From assembly GCA_963753185.1 (NCBI GenBank), contig CAVWBO010000007.1, forward strand, positions 1,537,140-1,601,139: a stretch of DNA of 64,000 nt, given 5' to 3'. This DNA comes from an uncultured Acidimicrobiia bacterium (GTDB taxonomy: Bacteria > Actinomycetota > Acidimicrobiia > Spongiisociales > UBA5794). The notes below the pieces were generated by a model. That model did not search any database. It had not been told where the DNA came from and was given only the letters and a program-made list of their open reading frames with translations. This document shows positions 22,061 to 30,664 of the stretch, piece after piece. A program made the position numbers and the translations under genes. Position 1 is the first letter of the stretch. The number at the start of each line of letters is the position of its first letter.

Positions 22061-22480
22061 GTGCATGAACTCGCCCTTGCGGACGCCGTGATCAAGGCGG
22101 CCCTGCGCGCAGCGGACGATGCGGGCATCGCCGCCATCGAGCGAATCGTTGTGTCCGTCGGTGAGCTCCAACAGATCGAGCCGGAACTGTTCACGTACTC
22201 CCTCACAACCGTGCTGCCCCAAAGCGACCCCCGACTCGAAGGCACGTCGTTCGACGTGGAGATCGCCGAGGCGCGCTTCGCGTGCCGTTCGTGCAGCGCG
22301 ACCTATGGTCGGGCAGACATCGATCTCGGAGCGCATGAGGGAGAGTCGGTCCACTTCATCCCGGAGCTGCTCCACGCCTTCGCAGGGTGTCCACGTTGTA
22401 CGAGCCCCGACTTCGACATCATCGAGGGCAGGGGCATCCTGCTCAGGCGTATCGTCGGGCGCGCGGGGGACCGACGGTGA
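22061..22480 (+). CDS. hypA: HypA/HybF-family nickel metallochaperone
   Basis: It has the N-terminal MHE Ni-binding motif and two CxxC pairs (CRSC ... CPRC). A His/Glu-rich insert of about 30 aa sits between the pairs. Confidence 0.75.
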   Translation: MHELALADAVIKAALRAADDAGIAAIERIVVSVGELQQIEPELFTYSLTTVLPQSDPRLEGTSFDVEIAEARFACRSCSATYGRADIDLGAHEGESVHFIPELLHAFAGCPRCTSPDFDIIEGRGILLRRIVGRAGDRR

Positions 22481-22521
22481 CTGACAGCATCGATCCGAGG
22501 CGCGGTGTGGTGGAGGAGCGG

Positions 22522-23214
22522 ATGTCGGGCATTCGCCGGATCGTTGCGGTCACGGGCTCCAAGGGAGGGATCGGCAAAAGCGTCTTGGCAACCCTGCTCG
22601 CACTCCATCTCGCAGACACCGGTCGACGTGTCGGGCTGTTCGACCTCGACCTGACGTCACCGACCGATCACCTCGTCCTCGGTGCGCGTTTCGGGGTACC
22701 CGACGAGGTGTTCGGCATCGATCCGTACCGGGTCGAAGGCGTCGACCTCATGTCGATCGCCGGCTTGTCGCACGGAGCTGCACTTGCCCTTCGCGGGACT
22801 GGCGCGACCGAGGCGCTCCTGGAGATGCTTGCGATCACGCGGTGGGGCGAACTGGACCTGCTGGTGGTCGACATGCCGCCGGGTCTCGGGGACACGACCC
22901 TCGACGTCATCGAGCTCCTGCCGCGCACCGAGTTCCTGGTCGTTGCCGATGGTTCGCCCGTCGTGATCGACAGCGTCAGGCGGGCGGTGGACCTCCTCGT
23001 GTCGCTCGGCAAGCCGATCATCGGCGTCTTCGAGAACATGTCCAGGGGAGATGCCGGTGCGGTCGAGCGACTCGCGATCTCGGCTCGGATCGCGTACCTC
23101 GGCGTTGCAGGGTCCGATCCGGGGCTCGAGGGTGCCATCGGTGACGGTCGGGCCCTGCGCGCAACGAACCTGTACCGATCGATGCGCGGGTTGGCGGCCC
23201 ATGTCCATCTATGA
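22522..23214 (+). CDS. Mrp/NBP35 (MinD-superfamily) P-loop ATPase
   Basis: It has the deviant Walker A GSKGGIGKS and the DMPPGLGDT signature, but no C-terminal CxxC. An alternative GTG start at 22477 overlaps the hypA stop as GTGA. Confidence 0.75.
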   Translation: MSGIRRIVAVTGSKGGIGKSVLATLLALHLADTGRRVGLFDLDLTSPTDHLVLGARFGVPDEVFGIDPYRVEGVDLMSIAGLSHGAALALRGTGATEALLEMLAITRWGELDLLVVDMPPGLGDTTLDVIELLPRTEFLVVADGSPVVIDSVRRAVDLLVSLGKPIIGVFENMSRGDAGAVERLAISARIAYLGVAGSDPGLEGAIGDGRALRATNLYRSMRGLAAHVHL

Positions 23215-23383
23215 GGCGCATGTCAGCGGTTCGCGGACGGACGATCGGTTCATACCCATTGGATGATGCAGCTCTGATGCGTTCCGTGTTGACTGTTCGA
23301 AGGAGACCGTGGCGGACGGCGCCGACGGACAAACAGGGATGTAGGATCCTGTATCACCCCAAGGACGATGGAGGAAGGCGACG

Positions 23384-23815
23384 ATGATCAAACACGGACC
23401 CGTTGATGTGTACGTACTGGCGTTGGGAGCGCCAAGATTCGATGGCGCGATCCTGAGCGAGCTCCAGCACCAGACCGCCAAGGGGATCATCCGTGTGCTC
23501 GACGCCATGGTGTTGTTCAAGGACGAGGGCGGGGCGTGCTTCACGCTCGACATGGAGGACCTTCCCGAGGAGGACCTGGCAGCCCTGTCGTTCATCGAAT
23601 CGGGAACACGGGGCATGTTCGACGCCGAGGACGCCGACACGCTGTGGGAGGGAATGGTGCCCGGTTCCGCTGTCGTAGCCCTCGCGATCGAACACACGTG
23701 GGCAGTCGATCTCGTGAACGCGTTCCACGCGAACGATGTCGAAGTCGCTCTGCACTTCCGCGTCCCCTCACCCATCGTCGACGAGGCCCTCGCCGCGGTC
23801 GAGGCAGCACACTGA
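23384..23815 (+). CDS. Conserved hypothetical protein
   Basis: A good RBS (GGAGGAAGG) precedes the ATG. The ORF is 143 aa and is followed by a SHOCT gene. Confidence 0.45.
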   Translation: MIKHGPVDVYVLALGAPRFDGAILSELQHQTAKGIIRVLDAMVLFKDEGGACFTLDMEDLPEEDLAALSFIESGTRGMFDAEDADTLWEGMVPGSAVVALAIEHTWAVDLVNAFHANDVEVALHFRVPSPIVDEALAAVEAAH

Positions 23816-23841
23816 ACGTTCAGGATCAAGGAGGATTCGAC

Positions 23842-24129
23842 ATGCCGGGATTGGTACGAACAATGGGTCGGACTGCTGCGGTGGTCGGCACGGCCACCGC
23901 AACACGCAACGCGGTGGATCGCCGCAATATGGACAAGACCGCCCAGGCGAATGCAAACGCCATGGAGACCGCCAACGTAACAGCCGCCCCTGCGCCGGCA
24001 CCACAACCGCAGCAGGCGCCTGTTGACGACCCGATCGCCCAGATCGAGCGACTGGGGGCCCTTCACGCCCAAGGAATCCTGACCGACGAGGAGTTCTCGG
24101 CCCAGAAGGCGAAGCTGCTCGGCATGTAG
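23842..24129 (+). CDS. SHOCT-domain protein
   Basis: Its C-terminus is LHAQGILTDEEFSAQKAKLLG. The RBS is AAGGAGG. Confidence 0.6.
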   Translation: MPGLVRTMGRTAAVVGTATATRNAVDRRNMDKTAQANANAMETANVTAAPAPAPQPQQAPVDDPIAQIERLGALHAQGILTDEEFSAQKAKLLGM

Positions 24130-24152
24130 CCGGGGGCCGGTATCGTCGCACC

Positions 24153-25113
24153 ATGAGTGACTTCTCATGGCCGGCGACGATCGGCGCCCTCATCGACTCC
24201 GAGGACCTGTCGCGACAGGCGGCAGCGAGAGCGATGGCCGAGATCATGTCCGGTCGCGCCTCCGACGCGCAGATCAGCGCCTTCATCGTCGCACTGCGGA
24301 CCAAGCGCGAGACCGCCGATGAGGTGGCGGGAATGGTCGACGCGATGATGGACGCAGCCGTGACGGCAAACGTTCCCAACTCGGTCGACATCGTCGGGAC
24401 GGGCGGCGACGGATTCGGGACGTTCAACGTCTCGACGACGGCGGCCTTCATCGCCGCAGGCGCCGGTGTCCGGATCGCCAAGCACGGCAACCGCGCCGCA
24501 TCATCCAAGACGGGTTCCGCCGACCTCCTCGAGGCACTCGGATTCGACATCGAGCTCGGACCCGATCAGGTTGCGCGGATGGTCGACGAATCGAACTTCG
24601 GCTTCTTCTTCGCCCCGAGGTACCACCCCGCGATGCGCCACGCCGCGAGCTGCGCGGAGGGACCTTGGCGTTCGGACCGTCTTCAACTTCCTGGGACCGC
24701 TGTGCAATCCCGCCGGTGCGCGCATGAGCGTCGGCGTTTCCGATCCACGCATGGCCGAGGTCATGATCGAGGTCCTTGCGGCCAGAGGTGTCGACCGCGC
24801 GTTCGTGGTGTACGGGGAGGAGGGCCTCGACGAACTCTCACCGGCAGGTCCGTCGAGGATCCATCGCCTGATCGACGGCGAGGTGACCGAGGCCGAGTTC
24901 ACACCAGAGGACTTCGGGATACGTCGCTCCCGTATCGAGGACATCGTCGGCGGTGACAGCGACCGAAACGTCGCGATCACCCTGGCGATCCTCGACGGCG
25001 AGGCAGGCCCACAACGAGACGCAGCCGTCATCAACGCGGCGCCCGCGATCATCCTGGGTGGGCTCGCCGACGGATTCGTGCATGCGGTCGAAGCTCGCCG
25101 AGGACGCCATTGA
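24153..25113 (+). CDS. trpD: Anthranilate phosphoribosyltransferase, frameshifted
   Basis: It has the GTGGDG and KHGNRA motifs. The frame changes near 24648-24660 within a GCGCGG run. The downstream part continues RDLGVRTVFNFLGPLCNPAGA in the +1 frame. Confidence 0.8.
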
Positions 25114-25212
25114 CAGCGGAGCCGCGAAACGGGCGCTGACGAAATCCTTGACGATCAATGAACTCGTCTCCAGATCGACGTGGTAGGGCGGGTGCACATC
25201 TACCGTCCACGG

Positions 25213-25833
25213 ATGAGTCGAGTGAACCTCACCCTGTCAGCGATCCTCATGCTCGTCGTGTCGGGGTGTGCCGCCTCCACGGACCCGACCCAACCGGACG
25301 GGACGACGACCTCCGTCACCACACCATCGACGACGCAATCGGAATCCGAGGCACCTTCGGCTGGCGAACCCACGGACACCACGACGACAACCGTCGATGA
25401 AGCACCATCGAGGCCCGACGGACCCGCAGCGCCCGACTTCACCCTCGCCCTCGGCGCGGACGGCGCATCGACCTTCTCACTCTCGCAGGAGGTCAAGCCC
25501 GTGTTCATGGTGTTCTGGGCTGAGTGGTGAAGCATCTGTCGACGGGAGTTGCCCGTCGTCGACTCTGTCGCTTCCGACTACCTCGCTGACGTCTCGTTCC
25601 TCGCGGTCGCCGGTCGGTCCGACATCGCACGGACGTCGGAGAGGGCGGACGAGCTGTTCAGTGAGAATCTGGCATGGGGGCTCGATGATCGCATCTGGGA
25701 CCTGTACGGCGTTCCCGGCCAGCCTGCGACCATCCTGATCGCCGACGGCGTGATCGTCGACCAGTGGTTCGGCGCTGCTCCCGAGGAGTTCATCCGCGAG
25801 CGCCTCGACAGGCTCGTCAGCCTGTCCGGGTGA
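25213..25833 (+). CDS. TlpA/ResA-like thiol-disulfide oxidoreductase lipoprotein with an in-frame TGA, a putative selenocysteine, at the first position of the CxxC motif
   Basis: The lipobox is LVVSGC. The thioredoxin-fold motifs read KPVFMVFWAEW-[TGA 25528-25530]-SICRRELP ... YGVPGQPATILIADGVIV. Both halves are in the same frame. Confidence 0.6.
25540..25558 (+). promoter_or_regulatory. Candidate bacterial SECIS hairpin
   Basis: CGACGGG-AGUUG-CCCGUCG forms a 7-bp GC stem with a 5-nt loop. It starts 12 nt after the in-frame UGA. Confidence 0.4.
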
Positions 25834-26518
25834 CCCTGCGGTCGGCGAGGAATGCGGCGGCCATCCACCCCACTCCGACAAGGGCGGCGATCAGGTACAG
25901 AGCGACAGGGCCACCGTCGATCGAGATCCGGAGGGGTTCCGTGACGAGCCGCAGCGACCCCGCGGTGGCGATCGCCACGCCGGCGATGACTCCCGGCCAC
26001 GGCCGTGCCTTCCACTTCCACACGGCGAGGACACCTGCAACGAGGACGAATCCGATCGCGACATACAGCTCGACGGGATGCCTGGTCACCGTGCTCCCCG
26101 GAAGCGACCACGCCCACGGGACCCCTGATTCGACACCCAGGCATGCGTTCGACGTCACGCACCCGGCGTGCCATCCGGCGAGCCCCGCGAGTGCTGCGGG
26201 GGCGATCGCATCGGCGGTCGTTACGAGGTCCCGTCTGGCAAGGACGGCGAACACGACGAACGCGCCAACTGCGGCTGCCGTGGTCGATACGCCGCTTCGT
26301 ATGAGCAGGATCTGACCCGGGTCGCTGATCGGGTTGATCCCGGCGCCCACCATTGCCGAAAGCCTTCCAATGAAGACCCCAGCGATCGCAGAGGTGAGTC
26401 CCGCCTCCCACAGGTCGACGGCGCAACCCGCGGCGTTGCCTCTCGGCGCCTCCCATCGAAGCACGGTCCAGAAGGAGGCCACACCGATCGCCGCGGCTCC
26501 GAGGAGTGAGAACTCCAT
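25817..26518 (-). CDS. lgt: Prolipoprotein diacylglyceryl transferase
   Basis: It has the RHPVELYV (HPxQLYE-like) motif and GVFIGRLSAMV, and is polytopic. Its ATG overlaps the upstream tlpA stop as TGATG. Confidence 0.65.
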   Translation of the reverse strand: MEFSLLGAAAIGVASFWTVLRWEAPRGNAAGCAVDLWEAGLTSAIAGVFIGRLSAMVGAGINPISDPGQILLIRSGVSTTAAAVGAFVVFAVLARRDLVTTADAIAPAALAGLAGWHAGCVTSNACLGVESGVPWAWSLPGSTVTRHPVELYVAIGFVLVAGVLAVWKWKARPWPGVIAGVAIATAGSLRLVTEPLRISIDGGPVALYLIAALVGVGWMAAAFLADRRVTRTG

Positions 26519-27003
26519 CAGCGGTCGATCTCGTCGAGGTACCGCGCCATCGTGGGCTCGTCGATGACCCCGAAGTGCAGGTGGGCGAGAGTTCCGTCGG
26601 ATGCGTAGAAGTAGGTCAGCGGCACACCCGCCGTGCCACCGAGGTCGATCGGGATCCTCCCCGATCGATCACTCAGGTGAGTCATCTCGGCATCGCTGAG
26701 GAACTCAGCCATGAATACCCGAGCATCCGGGTCCCGATCCTTGACATTGAGCCCTATGAAGGTGACGGACGGCCGGCTGGTGCTCGCCGATGCGATGAGC
26801 GGCGCCTCGCTGCGACACGGCAGGCACCACGAGGCCCACACGTTGACGACCGCCGGAGCCGATGCGGTGATCTCGGCGAGGAGATCCTCCGTCGTCGTCG
26901 GTACGGGAGGATCGGGGAGGGGGCCCTGCGGAGACGATGTGCACGATGCGATCCCGATTGCCACAGCCAGGAACGCCGTGACGACGAAGGGTGGGAGCCG
27001 CAT
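26518..27003 (-). CDS. TlpA/ResA-like thiol-disulfide oxidoreductase lipoprotein (Cys form)
   Basis: The lipobox is IGIASC. It has the VVNVWASWCLPCRSEAP motif and a GVPLTYF segment. Confidence 0.8.
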   Translation of the reverse strand: MRLPPFVVTAFLAVAIGIASCTSSPQGPLPDPPVPTTTEDLLAEITASAPAVVNVWASWCLPCRSEAPLIASASTSRPSVTFIGLNVKDRDPDARVFMAEFLSDAEMTHLSDRSGRIPIDLGGTAGVPLTYFYASDGTLAHLHFGVIDEPTMARYLDEIDR

Positions 27004-27029
27004 GGAACCGAGCGTAGGGAGCGGAGGGG

Positions 27030-27657
27030 TCAATGCATCCGGGCTCGGAGTTCGGCCGCGATCTCCTCGACGTCGAGGCCTGCACCCGACGACGAGCGCG
27101 AGCAGGTGATACAGAAGGTCGGCTGCCTCTTCGATCACTCGCGAAGGATCGCCACCGAGCTCGAGGTCCTTCCGTGCGAACGCCACCTCTCCCGCTTCCT
27201 CGAGCACCTTGCGTGCGGCGAGATCCGGGTTCGAGATGAGCCTCGCCGTGTAGGAGACCTCCGGATCGGCGTCCGCGCGCGTCGCAATGATCCGGTCCAG
27301 ACGGTCGATGGTCCCGCCGAGTGACGCGCCGAGTGATGCGGCACGGGACGCTCCGAAGCATGTATCTGCACCCGTGTGGCAGGTGGGTCCGTCGGGCTGT
27401 GCGGTGACGAGGAGCGCATCGCCATCGCAGTCCACCGAAACGGAGAGCACCTTCAACGTGTTCCCGCTCGTCTCACCCTTCTTCCAGATGCGACCCCTCG
27501 TCCTGCTCCAGAAGTGCACGAACCCTGTGTCCTGGGTGAGGCGGAGTGCCTCGGCATCCATGAACCCGACCATCCGCACAGAGCCTGTGGCCTCGTCCTG
27601 GATCACGGAGACCACGAGGCCGTCGCTCGATGGTGTGAGATCGGAGAAGTCGATCAC
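27030..27657 (-). CDS. hisIE: Bifunctional phosphoribosyl-AMP cyclohydrolase / phosphoribosyl-ATP pyrophosphatase, frameshifted near the 3' end
   Basis: The HisI part contains GFMDAEAL...[17 protein letters not shown]. The HisE part contains LLYHLL. The HisE C-terminus ([17 protein letters not shown]) is in the +1 frame after a GGG run near 27085. A GTGA overlap links it to hisF. Confidence 0.8.
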
Positions 27658-28415
27658 GGCGTGCTCCTGACCGGGATCCCGGCGTCTGCGAGTGCGGCAT
27701 GGATCTCGCCGACCGTGTAGTGGTCGCGGTGGAAGATGGACGCCGCGAGCACGGCGTCCGCCCTTCCCGTTGCGAGGGCATCCGCCAGGTCCTTCGGGCC
27801 GCCCGCGCCGCCCGATGCGATGATCGGAACATCGACGCGGGCGCGAACGGCCTCGAGGAGCTCGAGGTCGTACCCCAGGTTCGTTCCGTCGCGATCCATC
27901 GATGTGATCAGGACCTCGCCCGCTCCGAGGCGACACGCACGAGCTGCCCAGTCCAGGGCGTCGAGCCCGATGTCGACGCGCCCTCCATGCGTGTGCACGG
28001 TCCAACTCGTCGCCGTGCGTCTGGCGTCGATGGCCACGACGACGCACTGCGATCCGAACGCCGCTGCGCACTCGCGGATCAGCCTCGGACGTTGTACAGC
28101 GGCGGAGTTCACGGCGACCTTGTCCGCCCCTGCCCTCAGGACAGCGCGCATGTCCGAGACCCCACGCACACCGCCTCCGACTGTGAGGGGGACGAAGACG
28201 TTCTCGGCCGTGCGCCGAACTGTCTCGAGCATCGTGGAGCGACCGGATGGTGTCGCGGCGATGTCGAGGAAGCAGATCTCGTCCGCGCCAGCATCTGCGT
28301 ACCGGGCGGCCATCTCAACCGGATCCCCTTCATCCGTGAGGTCGACGAAGTTCGTTCCCTTCACGACGCGGCCATCTGCCACGTCGAGGCATGGGATCAC
28401 ACGCCTACGCAGCAT
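27654..28415 (-). CDS. hisF: Imidazole glycerol phosphate synthase cyclase subunit
   Basis: It starts [12 protein letters not shown] and contains the VGGGVR motif. Confidence 0.9.
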   Translation of the reverse strand: MLRRRVIPCLDVADGRVVKGTNFVDLTDEGDPVEMAARYADAGADEICFLDIAATPSGRSTMLETVRRTAENVFVPLTVGGGVRGVSDMRAVLRAGADKVAVNSAAVQRPRLIRECAAAFGSQCVVVAIDARRTATSWTVHTHGGRVDIGLDALDWAARACRLGAGEVLITSMDRDGTNLGYDLELLEAVRARVDVPIIASGGAGGPKDLADALATGRADAVLAASIFHRDHYTVGEIHAALADAGIPVRSTP

Positions 28416-29031
28416 GCGCTGCCTCGCGACACGACCTGACGAAGCTGTTCAGGACAGCACGACCCGCATCGGAGGACCGCTCCGGGTGGAACTGGACACC
28501 CGCGACGTTCCCGGAACGGACGATCGATGCGAAGCGGTCAGTGCCGTGGCTGGTCCAGCCCGTGACGATCGACGGATCGTCGGGACGCGGGGCGAAGCTG
28601 TGGACGAAGTAGAAGGTGGTGTCGGCACCGGGCGGTACGAGCGGGTCCGTGCAGTCGTCGACGTCGTTCCAACCCATGTGGGGGAGTGGGCTGGCCGTCA
28701 GGCGACCGATGTGGCCGTCCATGAGGCCGAGGCACGTCGTGTCGTCCTCCTCGGAGTACTCGAACAGCAGCTGCATGCCGACACACACACCGAGGAAGGG
28801 GCCCGCGTAGGCCTTGAGTGGTCCGACGAGGTCTGCGCGCCGGAGGGTACGCATCGCAGCACCGGTCGCACCGACGCCGGGAAGGATCACCCCGTCGAAA
28901 GGCGAAAGGTCCCGCGCGTCGTCCACCCTCGTGGGATGCGCCCCCGACCGCACCAGGGCCTGCTCCATCGAGACGAGGTTCCCTGCCCCGTGGTCGATGA
29001 CGGCGATCGATGTGACATCGGACTGCCTCAC
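28405..29031 (-). CDS. hisH: Imidazole glycerol phosphate synthase glutamine amidotransferase subunit
   Basis: It has [10 protein letters not shown] and GVCVGMQLL. Its GTG start overlaps the hisB stop as GTGA. Confidence 0.85.
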   Translation of the reverse strand: MRQSDVTSIAVIDHGAGNLVSMEQALVRSGAHPTRVDDARDLSPFDGVILPGVGATGAAMRTLRRADLVGPLKAYAGPFLGVCVGMQLLFEYSEEDDTTCLGLMDGHIGRLTASPLPHMGWNDVDDCTDPLVPPGADTTFYFVHSFAPRPDDPSIVTGWTSHGTDRFASIVRSGNVAGVQFHPERSSDAGRAVLNSFVRSCREAAHAA

Positions 29032-29612
29032 ATCGTGCCCTTCGTCGATGGAAGGCCGACTCGTCGATCGTCCATGGCGACCGCAGCCCGAATCGACCGT
29101 GCGAGGGCCTTGAACATCGCCTCGGCGATGTGGTGATCGTTTCGGCCTGTTGCCTCGATGTGCAGGGTGAGCCTCGCGCTCCGGCTGAATGCCTCGAGTG
29201 CGTGCTCGATCATCTGGGTCGACAGGCCGCCGAGGCGCTCCCCATGGAACGATGCTGTGACCACCGCATACGCCCTGCCCCCGACGTCTATGGCACACGC
29301 GGCCACGGATTCATCCATGGGAACTCGGGCGTCGCCATATCGGGTTATCCCGGAGCGATCGCCGAGTGCGATGTCGATCGCTTCGCCGAGCCTCAGCATC
29401 GTGTCCTCCACGGTGTGGTGGTCGTCGACGTGCAGGTCGCCGGTCGTCGTGAGCGTGACATCGATGAGCGAGTGGTGGGCGAATGCGGTGATGAGGTGGT
29501 CGAGCATCCCGATCCCCGTGGTGACCGCGGCGCGACCCGCGCCATCGAGGTCGATGCCCACGTCGACGGTCGTCTCGGCTGTCGTGCGCGAGATACTGGC
29601 TGTGCGGGTCAT
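29028..29612 (-). CDS. hisB: Imidazoleglycerol-phosphate dehydratase
   Basis: It contains RTTAETTVDV and the DxHHxxE motifs. Confidence 0.9.
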   Translation of the reverse strand: MTRTASISRTTAETTVDVGIDLDGAGRAAVTTGIGMLDHLITAFAHHSLIDVTLTTTGDLHVDDHHTVEDTMLRLGEAIDIALGDRSGITRYGDARVPMDESVAACAIDVGGRAYAVVTASFHGERLGGLSTQMIEHALEAFSRSARLTLHIEATGRNDHHIAEAMFKALARSIRAAVAMDDRRVGLPSTKGTM

Positions 29613-30664
29613 GGTTGGCGTCTCCTCAGTGCATCGATGAGCCTGTCATTCTCTTCCCGAGTCCGAACCGTGAATCGCAGGAACTCGTTGATCGGGCTTG
29701 CCGGTGCGAATGCCCGAACGACGAGGCCCTCCGTCATGAGATCGTCCGCCAGGGCGTTGGCGTGGGGTCCGACGTTGCAGAGAACGAAGTTGGCCTCGGA
29801 ACCCTGCACGACGTCCAGACCGACGTCTCGAAGTGCATCGGCGAGTCGACCTCGTTCGCGGATGATCCTGTCCACTTGTCGGTGCATCCTGCTGGTGGTC
29901 AGGAGGGCGGACTCCGCGATCTCCGCGGACATGGACGAGATACTTCCCGGTGGCCTGACTCCGTCGAGCTGTCGGGCGATATCAGGGCTCGTCAGGGCGA
30001 AACCGACCCGCAGCGCAGCGAGACCGAAACCCTTGGACAGGGTGTGGCACACGATCAGGTTGTCGAACCGTTCCACCCATCGAGACCAGCGGTCCTCCGT
30101 GAACTCCGCGTAGGCAGCGTCGATCACGACGATGCCCCCGGCGGCCCCGAGGATGGCCGCTACCTCCTCGTCGGGGATCCGGTGCCCCGTCGGGTTGTTC
30201 GGGGAACACAGCCACGTGACGTCAGAGGTCTCAGCGGCCTCACCGATGGGCCTCGAAGGAAACGTGAACCCGGGGAATCCGTAGTCGACGGCGATGAACT
30301 CCGCGCCTTGCTGGAGGGAGGCGATCTCGTAGAGCGGATAGGTGGGGATTACGGCTGTCGCGCGCTTGTTCGGGCCGAGGAACGCCTTCGCGATGAGCAG
30401 GATGATCTCGTCGATGCCAGCGCCAGGCACGATTCGATCGAGATCGGCGTCCAGGTAGGAAGCGGCGGCGGTGCGCAGCGGTGCGTACGACGCTCCCGGG
30501 TATTCGTTGAGGCGTTGCGCCATCGGTGCGACGATCGACGGAGCCCAGTCCGTCGGGAACGGTGAGGTGTTGTGATCGAACCTGACCACGTCGGTTGGAC
30601 GAAGCCCATAGCGCTGGGCGATCTCAGCCGTTGTCGGTTGCCACGAGTATCGAGGAGCGGTCAT
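29609..30664 (-). CDS. hisC: Histidinol-phosphate aminotransferase
   Basis: It is a class-II aminotransferase with the LCSPNNPTG motif and a PLP-binding Lys in TLSKGFGLAALRVG. Confidence 0.85.
   Translation of the reverse strand: MTAPRYSWQPTTAEIAQRYGLRPTDVVRFDHNTSPFPTDWAPSIVAPMAQRLNEYPGASYAPLRTAAASYLDADLDRIVPGAGIDEIILLIAKAFLGPNKRATAVIPTYPLYEIASLQQGAEFIAVDYGFPGFTFPSRPIGEAAETSDVTWLCSPNNPTGHRIPDEEVAAILGAAGGIVVIDAAYAEFTEDRWSRWVERFDNLIVCHTLSKGFGLAALRVGFALTSPDIARQLDGVRPPGSISSMSAEIAESALLTTSRMHRQVDRIIRERGRLADALRDVGLDVVQGSEANFVLCNVGPHANALADDLMTEGLVVRAFAPASPINEFLRFTVRTREENDRLIDALRRRQP

Noticed and set aside
23209-24168. 319-aa minus-strand ORF
   Set aside because: It is antisense to two plus-strand genes with good RBSs, the hypothetical gene and the SHOCT gene. 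Its sequence is Ser/Arg-rich nonsense.
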